Source: Candidatus Lokiarchaeum ossiferum (GTDB taxonomy: Archaea > Asgardarchaeota > Lokiarchaeia > Sigyniarchaeales > Promethearchaeaceae). Taken from it: a stretch of 64,000 nucleotides of DNA. This document shows positions 9,234 to 19,896 of the stretch, piece after piece. The notes beneath the pieces are model-generated. The model did no database searches and was not told the origin of the DNA. It was given only the letters and a program-made list of their open reading frames with translations. A program made the translations under genes and the position numbers. The stretch lies in contig CP104013.1 in NCBI GenBank assembly GCA_025839675.1, positions 3,041,121 through 3,105,120 on the forward strand, in the 5' to 3' direction. The number at the start of each line of letters is the position of its first letter. Positions within the stretch are counted from its first letter, which is position 1.

Positions 9234-10952
9234 ATGAATAACAAACAGCTCTATCAAATCTCGAAATATTCTTACAATGAAGCCTATTTACAAAGCCAAT
9301 TGAATATGGCAGGGGCAAATTTGAATACTATAATGGAGAAGATGGAAAAAAATAAAAATTATTTGAAAACCATGAATATTATAACCAAAATAATCATGGT
9401 TGTATATGTATCCCTTCTTATTTTTCTCCCAATCACAGTTTTTATGAATATTAACACAGCCATCGATTTGGGTTATGATTCATGGGCCTATTTCTTGGGA
9501 AGTACAGTTATGGGAGCTTATTTCTTGGTTCAAGTATTATATATGTTGATGTTTGGTCTCTTTTATATAACTGGATTATTCTCCGGAGATGTTTTCAAAT
9601 GGCTTTCAACCTTACCAGTTAAGAAGGATGAGATGGGAAAAATCTGTATATGGACATTCTTCCGTGGAGTTGATGCTCCACTAATAGCCTTAATGTTAGT
9701 ATTTCCAATCGCAACAATTATTGTGACTCAAAACATATTAGTATTTATTGCGAGTATTTTTATTTCTGGATTAAACACCTTGTTTGCTTTTTCGATGTTG
9801 ATCATCTTAGGTAAAAAATTTACTAATCTGGTAAAAAGTGCAGATGCCAATTCTAAAAAGAATCGAACTATTCAAATAGCCTACTATATAATATACATGG
9901 TGGTTACTTTCATTGCGGTCTTAGGATTTCAGAATATCATGCCAGCAATAGAACCACTGTTTGAAAAAGAAATTGTAAATATGGAAATTGTTCTTTCATT
10001 GAATCAAATCATTTCATGGATACCATTTCCACTAAGTGGCGGTTCATTATTAACTGGAGCATTAATAGGATTTAGCAAAATACCGACAATCTCAATTATT
10101 TCATCATTTCTAGGATTAGGAGTATTTTTACTATTAGACATCTATTTAGTCAAAAAAGCCTCAAAAGTTCTCACAGATATAGTTTATGCCAAAGAAACCC
10201 GAAAAGGAGAAGAATTAAAGGAAAGTACTGTAAAAGATGTTCAACTAACAATAATTTCTCCGTTGCAATCTTATCGATCGAAAGATATCCAAATGGTAGG
10301 GCGGGATTTTCAATCTTTGATGATGCTATTAATGCCAGCAATTTTACCGACTCTTGGGTACATAGTAGGATTAACAATGAATGATGAATCAGGAGATTCA
10401 TTTTCAGCATTTAGTACAATATTCATCCTTTATGGAATGATGGGTGCATTTATGCAAACTGTTGGTTTATTTAACCTCGAAAATTCGGGAGCAACTATTA
10501 CAGCAACCTTACCAATAATTCCACGAGATCAAGCGAAGGGAAAATTGCAAATAATGTTTACTGTCTGTATATTTTCAGTTATAATTCCTGGAATCTTCCT
10601 CATTTTCACAAACCCAGTGGAAAATTGGTACTTTATTTACTTTGCAATTCTACCTATTCCATTATTGAGTATTGTTTTGGTTTTCCTTTTGAGAGTTCGC
10701 TTTTTTGGAAAATTGAAATATAAATATGTATTAGAAGAAGTACATTTGGAGAATAAAGCAAGTAAAATGATTGGAATAGGGGCGATTTGTTTAGTTTTTG
10801 GAGTGTTTATTTCTATTCTAGTTGGAGTATTTATCTCTGAAGTGGATCTCTGGATCTTTGTTTCGACTCTATTATCTTCTGAAATAGTAATTGGAGCAAT
10901 TTTCTATTATATCTTTAATAGGATGTTCCCTCGCGCAAAAATCTTTCAATAG
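9234..10952 (+). CDS. ABC transporter permease (multi-TM), partner of upstream ATPase
   Basis: Long hydrophobic ORF immediately after the ATPase. The start was moved from the track's 9186 to the ATG at 9234, 20 nt after the ATPase stop; the start is uncertain. Confidence 0.55.
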   Translation: MNNKQLYQISKYSYNEAYLQSQLNMAGANLNTIMEKMEKNKNYLKTMNIITKIIMVVYVSLLIFLPITVFMNINTAIDLGYDSWAYFLGSTVMGAYFLVQVLYMLMFGLFYITGLFSGDVFKWLSTLPVKKDEMGKICIWTFFRGVDAPLIALMLVFPIATIIVTQNILVFIASIFISGLNTLFAFSMLIILGKKFTNLVKSADANSKKNRTIQIAYYIIYMVVTFIAVLGFQNIMPAIEPLFEKEIVNMEIVLSLNQIISWIPFPLSGGSLLTGALIGFSKIPTISIISSFLGLGVFLLLDIYLVKKASKVLTDIVYAKETRKGEELKESTVKDVQLTIISPLQSYRSKDIQMVGRDFQSLMMLLMPAILPTLGYIVGLTMNDESGDSFSAFSTIFILYGMMGAFMQTVGLFNLENSGATITATLPIIPRDQAKGKLQIMFTVCIFSVIIPGIFLIFTNPVENWYFIYFAILPIPLLSIVLVFLLRVRFFGKLKYKYVLEEVHLENKASKMIGIGAICLVFGVFISILVGVFISEVDLWIFVSTLLSSEIVIGAIFYYIFNRMFPRAKIFQ

Positions 10953-11011
10953 ACAAACAAGTTTATTTGAAAATATACCTTTTTTAAATTTATTCAAACT
11001 TTGGTGTGTAA

Positions 11012-11377
11012 ATGACGACGGAAAAAAATGCTTCGGGAAAAGAAAATAAATTAGCAAATTTAGACCCGTCCACACCCTTTATTCCCGCATCTGAATTAGT
11101 TATCGATAATTTAGAAGCGATTTCATTAATCAAACATGATAAAAAGAAGTTACTTTTGGAATTACTATTACATGAAGAAAAAACAATAATGGACATGAGC
11201 AAAGAAACAGGATGGAATCCTGGCACGGTGAAACGTCATTTGAGTGATCTTGTGGAAGGGGGATTGGTAACTCCATCCAAAATTGTGGTTAATGAATTTC
11301 GAATCAAGTTGAAATATTATCGTGCTACTGCCCGTCAATTTCGATTTCAATTCATTTGGCCCCCTCAGGAAAAATAG
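11012..11377 (+). CDS. ArsR-family winged-helix transcriptional regulator
   Basis: HTH segment IMDMSKETGWNPGTVKRHLSDLVEGGLV in a 121-aa protein. Confidence 0.6.
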   Translation: MTTEKNASGKENKLANLDPSTPFIPASELVIDNLEAISLIKHDKKKLLLELLLHEEKTIMDMSKETGWNPGTVKRHLSDLVEGGLVTPSKIVVNEFRIKLKYYRATARQFRFQFIWPPQEK

Positions 11378-11428
11378 AAATTTATCTTAAAAGAATATTT
11401 ATAATAAAATATACAAGGTTAAAATTTA

Positions 11429-12297
11429 TGAGTACAACTCCATTACCCAATTCGATAATTCCAAACCAAACGGAAAACCCTTCAGTGACCGATATTAAGG
11501 TTAGCTGGCGATCATTGAAACAAAATATTAAAGCGTTCTTAGGAATTGCATCTTTTTCCCTTGGAGCGACCTTCTTATGTATGATTTTTGTTACAGTAAT
11601 TGTTTTGATTGTCCTTTTAAATATGTATGATAGTTCCATAGTATATGATGAGCTATATACTACCCTAATCACCTATTTTATGTTACCTATCGAATTAATC
11701 ATTCTTTGGGGATTTTTCGGGTCAGGTTATGGATTGGCTTACGATATTATGTCTTCGGGGGATGGATTTGCGGAAGCAAAAAGTGGATTTCTCTATTTCC
11801 AAAAATTTTGGTGGCAATACATTGTTTTAGCTTTAATTTCGAATATAAGTGTATTTTTGACCATTTTTCCGGCTATTCCAATTTCAAATATGAGCTTGCT
11901 TCAACAGTTTCTGTATTTTTTCAGTGTCCATCTTTTGACTTTCGCTACCAATACTATTTTCTTTCTGACATTTCCTTCACTAACCGCCCAAGGTTCTTTT
12001 ATTAAATGCTTTAAAGAGAACTTTGCAATATTGCGCAATCACTTTAAACGGGTCGTTTCTTCAATGGGACTTATCTATCTGATCTTAAATTTACCGATTG
12101 GAATCTTAAGTTCGGTGTATTTTTCAAATCTTAATTATTTCGATGGCTCTCCAACCATAATTACTACAGTATTTATGATATTAGCAACTTTATTTGGATA
12201 CTCAATAGTAAATCCTATGTGGAACTTAGTGGCTACACGGGTTTACAACAGTTTTACCGAAATGGATGACGGAATTACAATTAAAACTCTCTTTTAA
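11429..12297 (+). CDS. integral membrane protein, unknown function
   Basis: Multi-TM ORF. The track starts at 11356 inside the ArsR gene; the ATG at 11429 (MSTTPLPN) avoids the overlap and is more plausible. Confidence 0.45.
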
Positions 12298-12372
12298 ACA
12301 CTTTTTTTTGATTTTAAATCTAAAAACTTTTTATCGGTTGGATATTCGCCTAACTAGAGATATTTTTAGAAA

Positions 12373-14850
12373 GTGATTATTATGCAAAACTTGCATTACA
12401 AACTACATTTAGAACCAAATTTAGAAACTTTCATCTTTCAAGGAACTACAACCATCAGTTTTACTTCGGAGAAAGAATTGAATGAAATTTCGCTCAATGC
12501 GAAAGAGCTGGGTATTTTTTCATGCAAACTATTAAAGAAGGAAAAAAAAGAAAAATGCTCCTTTATGCTAAATCCAGAAAAAGACCAGTTAATGATCAAT
12601 TTCAAGGAACCTAAACAAGGAGAAATCCAAATTGAAATCAATTACCATGGTATTATTAACGCCAATATGCTGGGATTTTATCGGAGTCGATATGAAACAA
12701 AAGATGGTGTCAAATATAATGCAGTGACTCAATTTGAAGAACGAGAAGCTCGACAAGCTTTCCCTGGATTTGATCACCCATCAAAAAAAGCAACTTTTGA
12801 TATAGAATTTGTGATCGATGAAAATCTAAAAGGTATTGCAAATACACCCATTAAAGAAGAAAAATCACTAGAAAATGGGAAGAAATTAATTATTTTCGAG
12901 CAAACACCAAGAATGAGCACCTACCTTTTATTTTTTGGAGTGGGAGATTATAGTTTTATCGAAGATAATTCAAAATTACCACATATTCGCGCAGTAGCAG
13001 TTCCAGATAAAATAGAATATGGGCAATTTGGGTTGGAATTTGGAAGAAAATCAATGGATTGGTTAGAGGATTACACGGGAATCCCTTTTCCTATTAAAAA
13101 ATGTGATTACATTGCTGTTTCCGACTTTGCTTTTGGAGCGATGGAAAACTATGGAGCCATAACCTTCCGAGAAAATGCTCTTTTAGTATATCCAGGAAAA
13201 ACATCTATACCGCAACTTAGCAGAATAGCAGACGTGATTGCCCATGAAACAGCCCATATGTGGTTTGGAGATTTAGTAAGCCCAAAAGATTGGAAATACA
13301 TATGGTTAAATGAATCCTTTGCATCTTATTTCACAGTTGCAGTTCCGAATGCTTATTATCCTGAATGGAAATTATGGGATCAATTTACCCTCAGCTCCAC
13401 CCTCGATGGACTCGAACGAGATTCATTAGTTGACACCATTCCTGTAGAATTACCAGGAGATGAAGAAGCAAATATTGATTTTTCCACAGCACCGATCATT
13501 TACAACAAAGGAGCTGCCATTATTCGTATGCTCGTGGGATATTTAGGTGCAGAGAAATTTAAAACCGGTGTGAATTACTTCTTGAAGAAATATGAATTTG
13601 AATGTGCAAATTCTGAGGAATATTGGGAGGCTTTTGAAAAAGCGACACAAGAACCAATTAAAGAATTTGCAGATTCATGGGTTCATCAACGTGGGTTCCC
13701 AATGATTACCGTGGAACGCAATGAAAAAGAATGTACTTTAACTCAAGAACGCTTTACATATTTACCAAATGAGGAAAATTCAAAATGGTTAATTCCACTG
13801 AATATCCAATATTATAATGAATTGGGAGAAATTCAGCGGGAGAAAGTCATTTTGGATGAGAAAACAAAAAAAATTACACTTCCTGAAGGAATTCATGCAC
13901 TGAAATTGAATGCAGATCAAGATAGTTTCTATCGAGTCAAATATTCAGATAGTATTTTAGAATTGCAAGGAAAACAAATTTCTTCTAAAAAAATGCCTCA
14001 TATGGATCGCTTCGGGATTGAAAATGATTTATTTGCCTTCGTTAAGAAGGGTGACTATACAATTGCACAGTATTTAGATATTTTAGAGAAATATTTCGGA
14101 ACAGAAGAAGATGATTTGGTCTTAATTGACATCGCGCGAAATCTTGGTACACTCTATAACATCAAGGAAGAGTTTGTTGAAAGAATTAAGAAATTTGGAA
14201 TCTCACTATTTGAACGAAAACTTGAATTATTAGGATATGAGCCGAAAATAGATGATTCACTCCAAGGAGCTAGTTTAAGAAATAGCTTACTTTGGTTGCT
14301 CTTTAAATTTGGTTCTGAGAAAGTGATCAAGTTTGGAGTCAAGAAATTCAAAGCGTTACTTGCTGGAGAAACCGTACATCCAGATATATTGGGAAGTGTT
14401 CTTCAAATAGGATCGGTAGCAGTTCCTGAAGGAAAAGCTTATTTACTTAAAATGTTGGTTTCACAGGAAACACCAGAAATGCAGAAACTATCTGCTCTTT
14501 CATCTTTAGGAAGCTCTGACAAACGTGAAAATTTGGAAGAATTCTTAAAACTTGGGTTTGATCAAGTACCTCCTAAAAATCGGGTGCAAGTTTTAGCGAC
14601 TATAGCAGGAAATAAATCTGCAATTCCATGGTTGTGGCAATGGTTTAAGGATAATTTCAAAACAATACAAGGTGGAATGCCCATTTTCCATGTGGGGATG
14701 GCGATTCCAATGATCACAAGGTACGCTGGAATCGGTCATGAAGAAGATGTTAAAAAATTCATCTCTGAGAAAGTGAAAGAATTTCCAATGTTTGATGCAA
14801 CAGCCAAAATGGGTTTAGAAATGCTGGAGATTTATTCCAGAATCCATTGA
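12373..14850 (+). CDS. pepN: M1-family aminopeptidase (aminopeptidase N-like)
   Basis: GAMEN exopeptidase motif (FGAMENYG) and zinc-binding HETAHMWFGDLV...WLNESFA (HExxH-18-E). 825 aa. The true start may be the ATG at 12382. Confidence 0.85.
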   Translation: MIIMQNLHYKLHLEPNLETFIFQGTTTISFTSEKELNEISLNAKELGIFSCKLLKKEKKEKCSFMLNPEKDQLMINFKEPKQGEIQIEINYHGIINANMLGFYRSRYETKDGVKYNAVTQFEEREARQAFPGFDHPSKKATFDIEFVIDENLKGIANTPIKEEKSLENGKKLIIFEQTPRMSTYLLFFGVGDYSFIEDNSKLPHIRAVAVPDKIEYGQFGLEFGRKSMDWLEDYTGIPFPIKKCDYIAVSDFAFGAMENYGAITFRENALLVYPGKTSIPQLSRIADVIAHETAHMWFGDLVSPKDWKYIWLNESFASYFTVAVPNAYYPEWKLWDQFTLSSTLDGLERDSLVDTIPVELPGDEEANIDFSTAPIIYNKGAAIIRMLVGYLGAEKFKTGVNYFLKKYEFECANSEEYWEAFEKATQEPIKEFADSWVHQRGFPMITVERNEKECTLTQERFTYLPNEENSKWLIPLNIQYYNELGEIQREKVILDEKTKKITLPEGIHALKLNADQDSFYRVKYSDSILELQGKQISSKKMPHMDRFGIENDLFAFVKKGDYTIAQYLDILEKYFGTEEDDLVLIDIARNLGTLYNIKEEFVERIKKFGISLFERKLELLGYEPKIDDSLQGASLRNSLLWLLFKFGSEKVIKFGVKKFKALLAGETVHPDILGSVLQIGSVAVPEGKAYLLKMLVSQETPEMQKLSALSSLGSSDKRENLEEFLKLGFDQVPPKNRVQVLATIAGNKSAIPWLWQWFKDNFKTIQGGMPIFHVGMAIPMITRYAGIGHEEDVKKFISEKVKEFPMFDATAKMGLEMLEIYSRIH

Positions 14851-14872
14851 AACGAATGAAATAGAAAAATCC

Positions 14873-14880
14873 TTTTTTTT
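14873..14880 (+). terminator. oligo-T terminator candidate after aminopeptidase
   Basis: 8-T run 23 nt after the stop at 14850. Confidence 0.3.
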
Positions 14881-15089
14881 ATCTTTACTTCTTTTTATAT
14901 TATTGTTTTAATAAAAAATATTGATTGCTTAACTACCAGCGGTTATGTGATATTGTCGGAAATTGTCGTAATGTTGCAAAGGTTTAAATTATTGATTGAT
15001 CAAATGAAATTTAGTTGTTATTTACGTCATAACAAATTTCTTTAATACCAAGCAAACACAACATCAAACTACGAAATAAAAAAGAGTGA

Positions 15090-15329
15090 GTGATACCTAT
15101 AATGATGCCATACGGAAATACCCATACCCGATTAGTGGGGATAATTCGGGATGTTCAGAAAAAGCGTGCGTTTATCGAATTTCCAAAATATCAAAAAAAA
15201 TTAGCAGTTCCTCGATTGTATATTCACTCCCAAATGAAGGATACTATTGATCAGGAACAAGAATTGGAAATAGAAACATGGTTTTTAAAAAAAAATAGAG
15301 TAATACCTTTAATGGACCGTAAATTTTAA
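15090..15329 (+). CDS. small hypothetical protein (uncertain)
   Basis: 79-aa ORF with a GTG start (ATG at 15102) in the convergent gap between the aminopeptidase and the P-type ATPase. Confidence 0.2.
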   Translation: MIPIMMPYGNTHTRLVGIIRDVQKKRAFIEFPKYQKKLAVPRLYIHSQMKDTIDQEQELEIETWFLKKNRVIPLMDRKF

Positions 15330-15335
15330 CGAGAA

Positions 15336-18281
15336 CTAAAATTTAATTCCTTTTTTCCTACTTATCAATTTTACCAATTCAAAAGTTCCTATGCAAATGA
15401 AAGAGAAGAAGATACAAATGGACCAATCTACAATGTTGAGCACCATAAATTGAAAATTAAGGCCATTTTTCGCCAGGAATACTTGCAATCCAGGAATATA
15501 GAGGATTGCTAAATATACTACCAGTAGTATCCCCACGACAATAAACATGAATGGATTTCCATCATCTTTAATACTTTTTGCTAATGATTTGTTAGGTCTT
15601 CGAATTTGAAGAGCGAGGGTACATTCACAAAGGAATAAGGTTGTCATTAGCATAGTCAATGTTTTTGCAATTGTTGGATCCACGCCTTCAGATAGATAAC
15701 GGGTAGATTCAGTAAAAAGGTAGAACGAATTGAAATTACCAAAACTATTGTTGGAATCCCGCACAGGAGAAAGAATAGTCCCATAAAAATAAGTCAATAA
15801 CATGCTAACTGCGAGTAAACATCCATAAATTCCCATCAATATTAAAAATTTGTTTGAAATAATTTCTTCAGAATCTCGTGGAGCCTCTTCCATAACATCT
15901 TTGGAGACGCTATCAAAAGTTAAAATCAACCCGGGAAACATGTGCATAGTTAGAGATAGATACACCCACTGGTAGGTAAATGCAGAAGTTAAGAAATAGG
16001 GTTTACCCAAAATAACGTATAATATAAATTGAACAATTCCTTCGAAAAGATTGATACAGATGAAGAAAAAGACAACAGATCTAATATTGGCAAAAATGCC
16101 TCGTCCACGATGAATCCCTTCAACAATAGAACTAAAAGAATCATCAGAAATAACCATATCAGCGGCTTCTTTTGCAACATCCGTTCCTTGAATCCCCATA
16201 GCGACCCCTGCATCTGCCATATTTAAGGCAAGGGCATCATTCACCCCATCTCCTGTCATAGCGACGACTCTTCCTTCATTTTGATACCTTTCCACGATTG
16301 TTTGTTTATGTGTAGGCGACACTCGAGCAAAAACACGGACATCGTTAATGTTTTCGAAATTTTTCTCATCATCGATTTGATTTCCTTCCATCGCAGAATG
16401 ACGTTTATCAGTAATTATCGAAATTTGGGAGCCAATTGCTATAGCTGTATTTAAAGAATCACCTGTAATCATAACTACATCCACCCCAGCACTATGACAT
16501 CTTTCAACGGCGTCTTTCACATCATCACGGGGAGGATCCATGATAGCCACAAATCCAATATAAACTAAATCTGACTCTGCAAGTTCACGTCCTTCTTCAG
16601 TATCGGAGGGAATCTCATCAATTGGTCGATAAGCTAAGCTTAATACGCGGTATCCTTGTCGAGCATATTCATTTATTGTATTCATTACGATTAACTTCAT
16701 TTCAATAATAAAATCAACAGCTTCATTATTTTCGGCAAGCATTTTGTCACAAATATACATTAAGACCTCACTTGCTCCCTTAGTGAAGATAAAATGGTCA
16801 CCTGTCTCATCTTTATAGATTTTACTCATTCTTTTGGCTTGTGATGAAAAAGGGAATTCCATGACTTCTTCAAACTTATCAAGTTTTTGAGGATCATTAA
16901 TTTTAGAATACAAAGCTTTCAGTGCTCCTTCAGTAGGATTACCAATCACTTTCCAATCGGACTGAGATCTCTTCTTTTTATTTTTATCTAATTCAAATTC
17001 ATGCTTGATTAAAGAGGCATTGTTGTTTAATGCCCCCGCTGTTAAAAGCATTTCAAGATGAGGAAATTTTTGGATATCGGTTACTTTTTCAGGAATGGTG
17101 GGATTATCTACTAAAAAGATTTCTCCTTCAGGATTATACCCACTTCCAGTAACTTTGAACCGAGATCCCCGTGTCCAGACATGTTGAACACACATTTGAC
17201 TTTTTGTTAATGTTCCAGTCTTATCGGAACATATTACCGATACTCGACCTAGAGAATCAACAGATGTTAAATTACGGATGATTACACCATGCTCAGCCAT
17301 TTTTAATACCCCCGTTAACATGACGATGGTAGTTAAAAGGGGAATATTAATTGGCATAATATCCATGGCGGAGTTTAGACTCTCTATGATTTTTAATTCT
17401 CCTGTGGAGAGCCATAAAACGATAAGAACGATTAACCAAGCGAGGATAACCCCAATACCGAACCATTTTCCAATATTATTTAATTTAGTACGGATGGGAA
17501 TTTCATTAGAATTCGCTGATTCTAATCCTTGAGAAATTTTTCCTATTTCAGTATCAATGCCAGTTTTGATTACAATAGCAAAACCGGTGCCCGTAGTTAT
17601 AAAAGTTCCATAAAATAAGATATTTTCTTGATTTTGAAGGTGAAGAGGGGTATTTTTCAAAGGTTTTCCATTATTTTTTTTTACTGGTTCACTTTCTCCT
17701 GTAAGAGACGCTTCATTCACACGTAAATTGGCAGATTGAATAATTCGAGCATCTGCAGGAATGCGATCTCCCGGACTTAGAACAAGTAGATCTCCCACAC
17801 AAATTTTTTTTGAGAATATTTCTTGTTTTTGACCACTGCGAATCACTCTCGTTGAGGGGGCAGATAATTCGCGTAATGCATTCAACTTTTTTGTGGCTCT
17901 GGCCTGCTGAAAAATTGCAACTAAACAATTTAGCCCTACAATTGCTAAAGTGATATAAATCATTTTCATATCAGACTCCCCTGAAATCTTTCCAGCAACA
18001 AACATTATTACTGCAGCAATCAAATAAATTATGATTAACCAATTAAACAAAGGAGCGAGATAAACTCTTAAAAAAGATTGTTTGGCTTTAGGAAGCTCAT
18101 TCAATCCATTGCTTAGTAATAATTGTTGAGCTTTTTCATCGGTCAAACCTTTTTTTGGATCTGTTTGAAATTCTTGAAAAATTTCATCTAATTCATAAGC
18201 CCAAAGAAATTTATTTTCCACATTAAGAATGTAATTTGTTATATCGTAAAAAAATTTATATTCAGAATTTCTCAAAAACAA
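15336..18281 (-). CDS. cation-transporting P-type ATPase (P2-like)
   Basis: TGES (LTGESEP), phosphorylation site ICSDKTGTLT, TKGASE, MITGD, hinge TGDGVNDALAL, about 10 TM helices. 981 aa. Confidence 0.85.
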   Translation of the reverse strand: MFLRNSEYKFFYDITNYILNVENKFLWAYELDEIFQEFQTDPKKGLTDEKAQQLLLSNGLNELPKAKQSFLRVYLAPLFNWLIIIYLIAAVIMFVAGKISGESDMKMIYITLAIVGLNCLVAIFQQARATKKLNALRELSAPSTRVIRSGQKQEIFSKKICVGDLLVLSPGDRIPADARIIQSANLRVNEASLTGESEPVKKNNGKPLKNTPLHLQNQENILFYGTFITTGTGFAIVIKTGIDTEIGKISQGLESANSNEIPIRTKLNNIGKWFGIGVILAWLIVLIVLWLSTGELKIIESLNSAMDIMPINIPLLTTIVMLTGVLKMAEHGVIIRNLTSVDSLGRVSVICSDKTGTLTKSQMCVQHVWTRGSRFKVTGSGYNPEGEIFLVDNPTIPEKVTDIQKFPHLEMLLTAGALNNNASLIKHEFELDKNKKKRSQSDWKVIGNPTEGALKALYSKINDPQKLDKFEEVMEFPFSSQAKRMSKIYKDETGDHFIFTKGASEVLMYICDKMLAENNEAVDFIIEMKLIVMNTINEYARQGYRVLSLAYRPIDEIPSDTEEGRELAESDLVYIGFVAIMDPPRDDVKDAVERCHSAGVDVVMITGDSLNTAIAIGSQISIITDKRHSAMEGNQIDDEKNFENINDVRVFARVSPTHKQTIVERYQNEGRVVAMTGDGVNDALALNMADAGVAMGIQGTDVAKEAADMVISDDSFSSIVEGIHRGRGIFANIRSVVFFFICINLFEGIVQFILYVILGKPYFLTSAFTYQWVYLSLTMHMFPGLILTFDSVSKDVMEEAPRDSEEIISNKFLILMGIYGCLLAVSMLLTYFYGTILSPVRDSNNSFGNFNSFYLFTESTRYLSEGVDPTIAKTLTMLMTTLFLCECTLALQIRRPNKSLAKSIKDDGNPFMFIVVGILLVVYLAILYIPGLQVFLAKNGLNFQFMVLNIVDWSICIFFSFICIGTFELVKLISRKKGIKF

Positions 18282-19045
18282 TCAAATTTAGAACAAAAAT
18301 TCTTTGTAATTTGAGTCAAGAAAGAATCTAATTTTTGATAAAGATAGTCTGTAATTTTCTTATCTAATGTTCCATAGTACGCATGAGCAATGCCACCAGT
18401 AATACAAGCAAGTGTGTCACTATCCCCACCAAGTGAAACAGCAAGACGAATTGAATGGAGAAAATTATCAGACTCTAAAAATGCTCGAATCGCGGGTGGA
18501 ACTGTACCTTGACAAGACACATCAAACTTATAAGAAGGCCGAATTGAGTCAAGTGAAATTGACAAATCATATCCGAAATGAGATTCTATAAAATCTTTAA
18601 TATATTTTTTTGATTTCCCAATTCTTGCAAAATAAATTGAAATGGCCGTTGCTTGAGCCCCTTTGATACCTTCTTCATGATTGTGAGTTACTTCTGCAGA
18701 TTTTTTTGCTTCCATAAGTACTGATTCAATTGTGTTATAAACAAATCCAATGGGCGAGACTCGCATAGCAGATCCATTTCCCCATGAATTATAGGGTTCG
18801 CTATGTTCTAAAGCTGCCCAGTGTCGAAAACTCGTTCCATAACTTTCGTCTGGATATAATTTATAGAATTTCCTTAAATTCTTAACGTAATCAGTTCCCG
18901 AGAGAATAGATTCTGCAAGAGCAATTGTTAGCACAGAATCATCTGTAAAAAAAGCTTCCGGATTAAATATTTCAAAATTGGTTGTTTTAATATTATTCCA
19001 TTCATATAGAGAGCCAACAATATCTCCAAAAATCGCTCCAATCAA
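18272..19045 (-). CDS. ADP-ribosylglycohydrolase family protein (DraG/ARH-like)
   Basis: N-terminal GAIFGDIVGS...FTDDS and C-terminal GGDSDTLACITGGIAHAYYG (binuclear metal-site motifs of the ARH family). The stop overlaps the ATPase start by 10 nt. Confidence 0.7.
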   Translation of the reverse strand: MIGAIFGDIVGSLYEWNNIKTTNFEIFNPEAFFTDDSVLTIALAESILSGTDYVKNLRKFYKLYPDESYGTSFRHWAALEHSEPYNSWGNGSAMRVSPIGFVYNTIESVLMEAKKSAEVTHNHEEGIKGAQATAISIYFARIGKSKKYIKDFIESHFGYDLSISLDSIRPSYKFDVSCQGTVPPAIRAFLESDNFLHSIRLAVSLGGDSDTLACITGGIAHAYYGTLDKKITDYLYQKLDSFLTQITKNFCSKFDCF

Positions 19046-19072
19046 AATAAATCCCTCATATCATTAATTAGG

Positions 19073-19090
19073 AAAAAAAGCTTAAAAAAA
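19073..19090 (-). terminator. oligo-T terminator candidate after kamE (minus strand)
   Basis: Two A7 runs on the plus strand (T7 on the minus strand) 18-35 nt downstream of the kamE stop. Confidence 0.3.
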
Positions 19091-19107
19091 GTTTGAATGT
19101 TAGCATT

Positions 19108-19896
19108 CTAAATTAAATTGCGTTTCACAATTTCTTCTACCATAAAAGAGGCAACTGCATCCGCGTACTTCCCAGGACCAAATCCTGCATCAAATCCTAA
19201 CTCCTTAGCAAGATCATTAGTTAAACGGGGACCTCCAGCAATTAAAACAACTTTATCTCGAATTCCTTCTGCTTCAATCAATTCCACAAGTTCAGTAAGG
19301 TTTTGAATATGAACCCCTTTTTGTGTGACTGTCTGGGATACTAACATAACATCTGCTTTCAACTCAATAGCCTTTCTAATAAATTCTTCATTAGGAACTT
19401 GAGCCCCAAGATTATAAGCATCAACCATAGAATAGCGTTCTAAGCCATAATGCCCCATATAACCTTTCATGTTCATGATTGCATCAATTCCAACTGTGTG
19501 AGCATCAGTTCCAGTAGTAGCCCCTACAACAACTACATTTCGTTTGATATTATTTTTAATATATTCATCTGTTTCTTTCATGCTCATGGTTTCTACTTCA
19601 ATAGCTTGAACTTTAATGGCATTATAATCAATAGAAGGAATAGCACTTCCATAGACAACGAAAAAGGTGAATTCCTTATCCAATGCTTCGTGATAAACTA
19701 CATCCGGTTCAAGGAACCCTAATTTCTCAGTATATTGTCGAGCAACTTCAACCGCTTTATCGCCATCTGGTATCGGTAATGTGAAACTTAACTGCACTTT
19801 ACCATCGTTCATTGTATCCCCGTAGGGTTTTAACTTACTTAAATCGAGATGTGTATCAAAATTATGTTTTTTTGAAGAATATAATCCGCCACCCAT
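19108..19896 (-). CDS. kamE: lysine 5,6-aminomutase beta subunit (cobalamin-binding)
   Basis: Rossmann B12-binding domain with a DxHxxG-type motif (TGTDAHTVGID). Abuts kamD with no gap. Confidence 0.8.
   Translation of the reverse strand: MGGGLYSSKKHNFDTHLDLSKLKPYGDTMNDGKVQLSFTLPIPDGDKAVEVARQYTEKLGFLEPDVVYHEALDKEFTFFVVYGSAIPSIDYNAIKVQAIEVETMSMKETDEYIKNNIKRNVVVVGATTGTDAHTVGIDAIMNMKGYMGHYGLERYSMVDAYNLGAQVPNEEFIRKAIELKADVMLVSQTVTQKGVHIQNLTELVELIEAEGIRDKVVLIAGGPRLTNDLAKELGFDAGFGPGKYADAVASFMVEEIVKRNLI

Noticed and set aside
11356-11428. Membrane-protein start at 11356 inside the ArsR gene
   Set aside because: The internal ATG at 11429 avoids a 22-nt overlap, and the hydrophobic core starts well after it.
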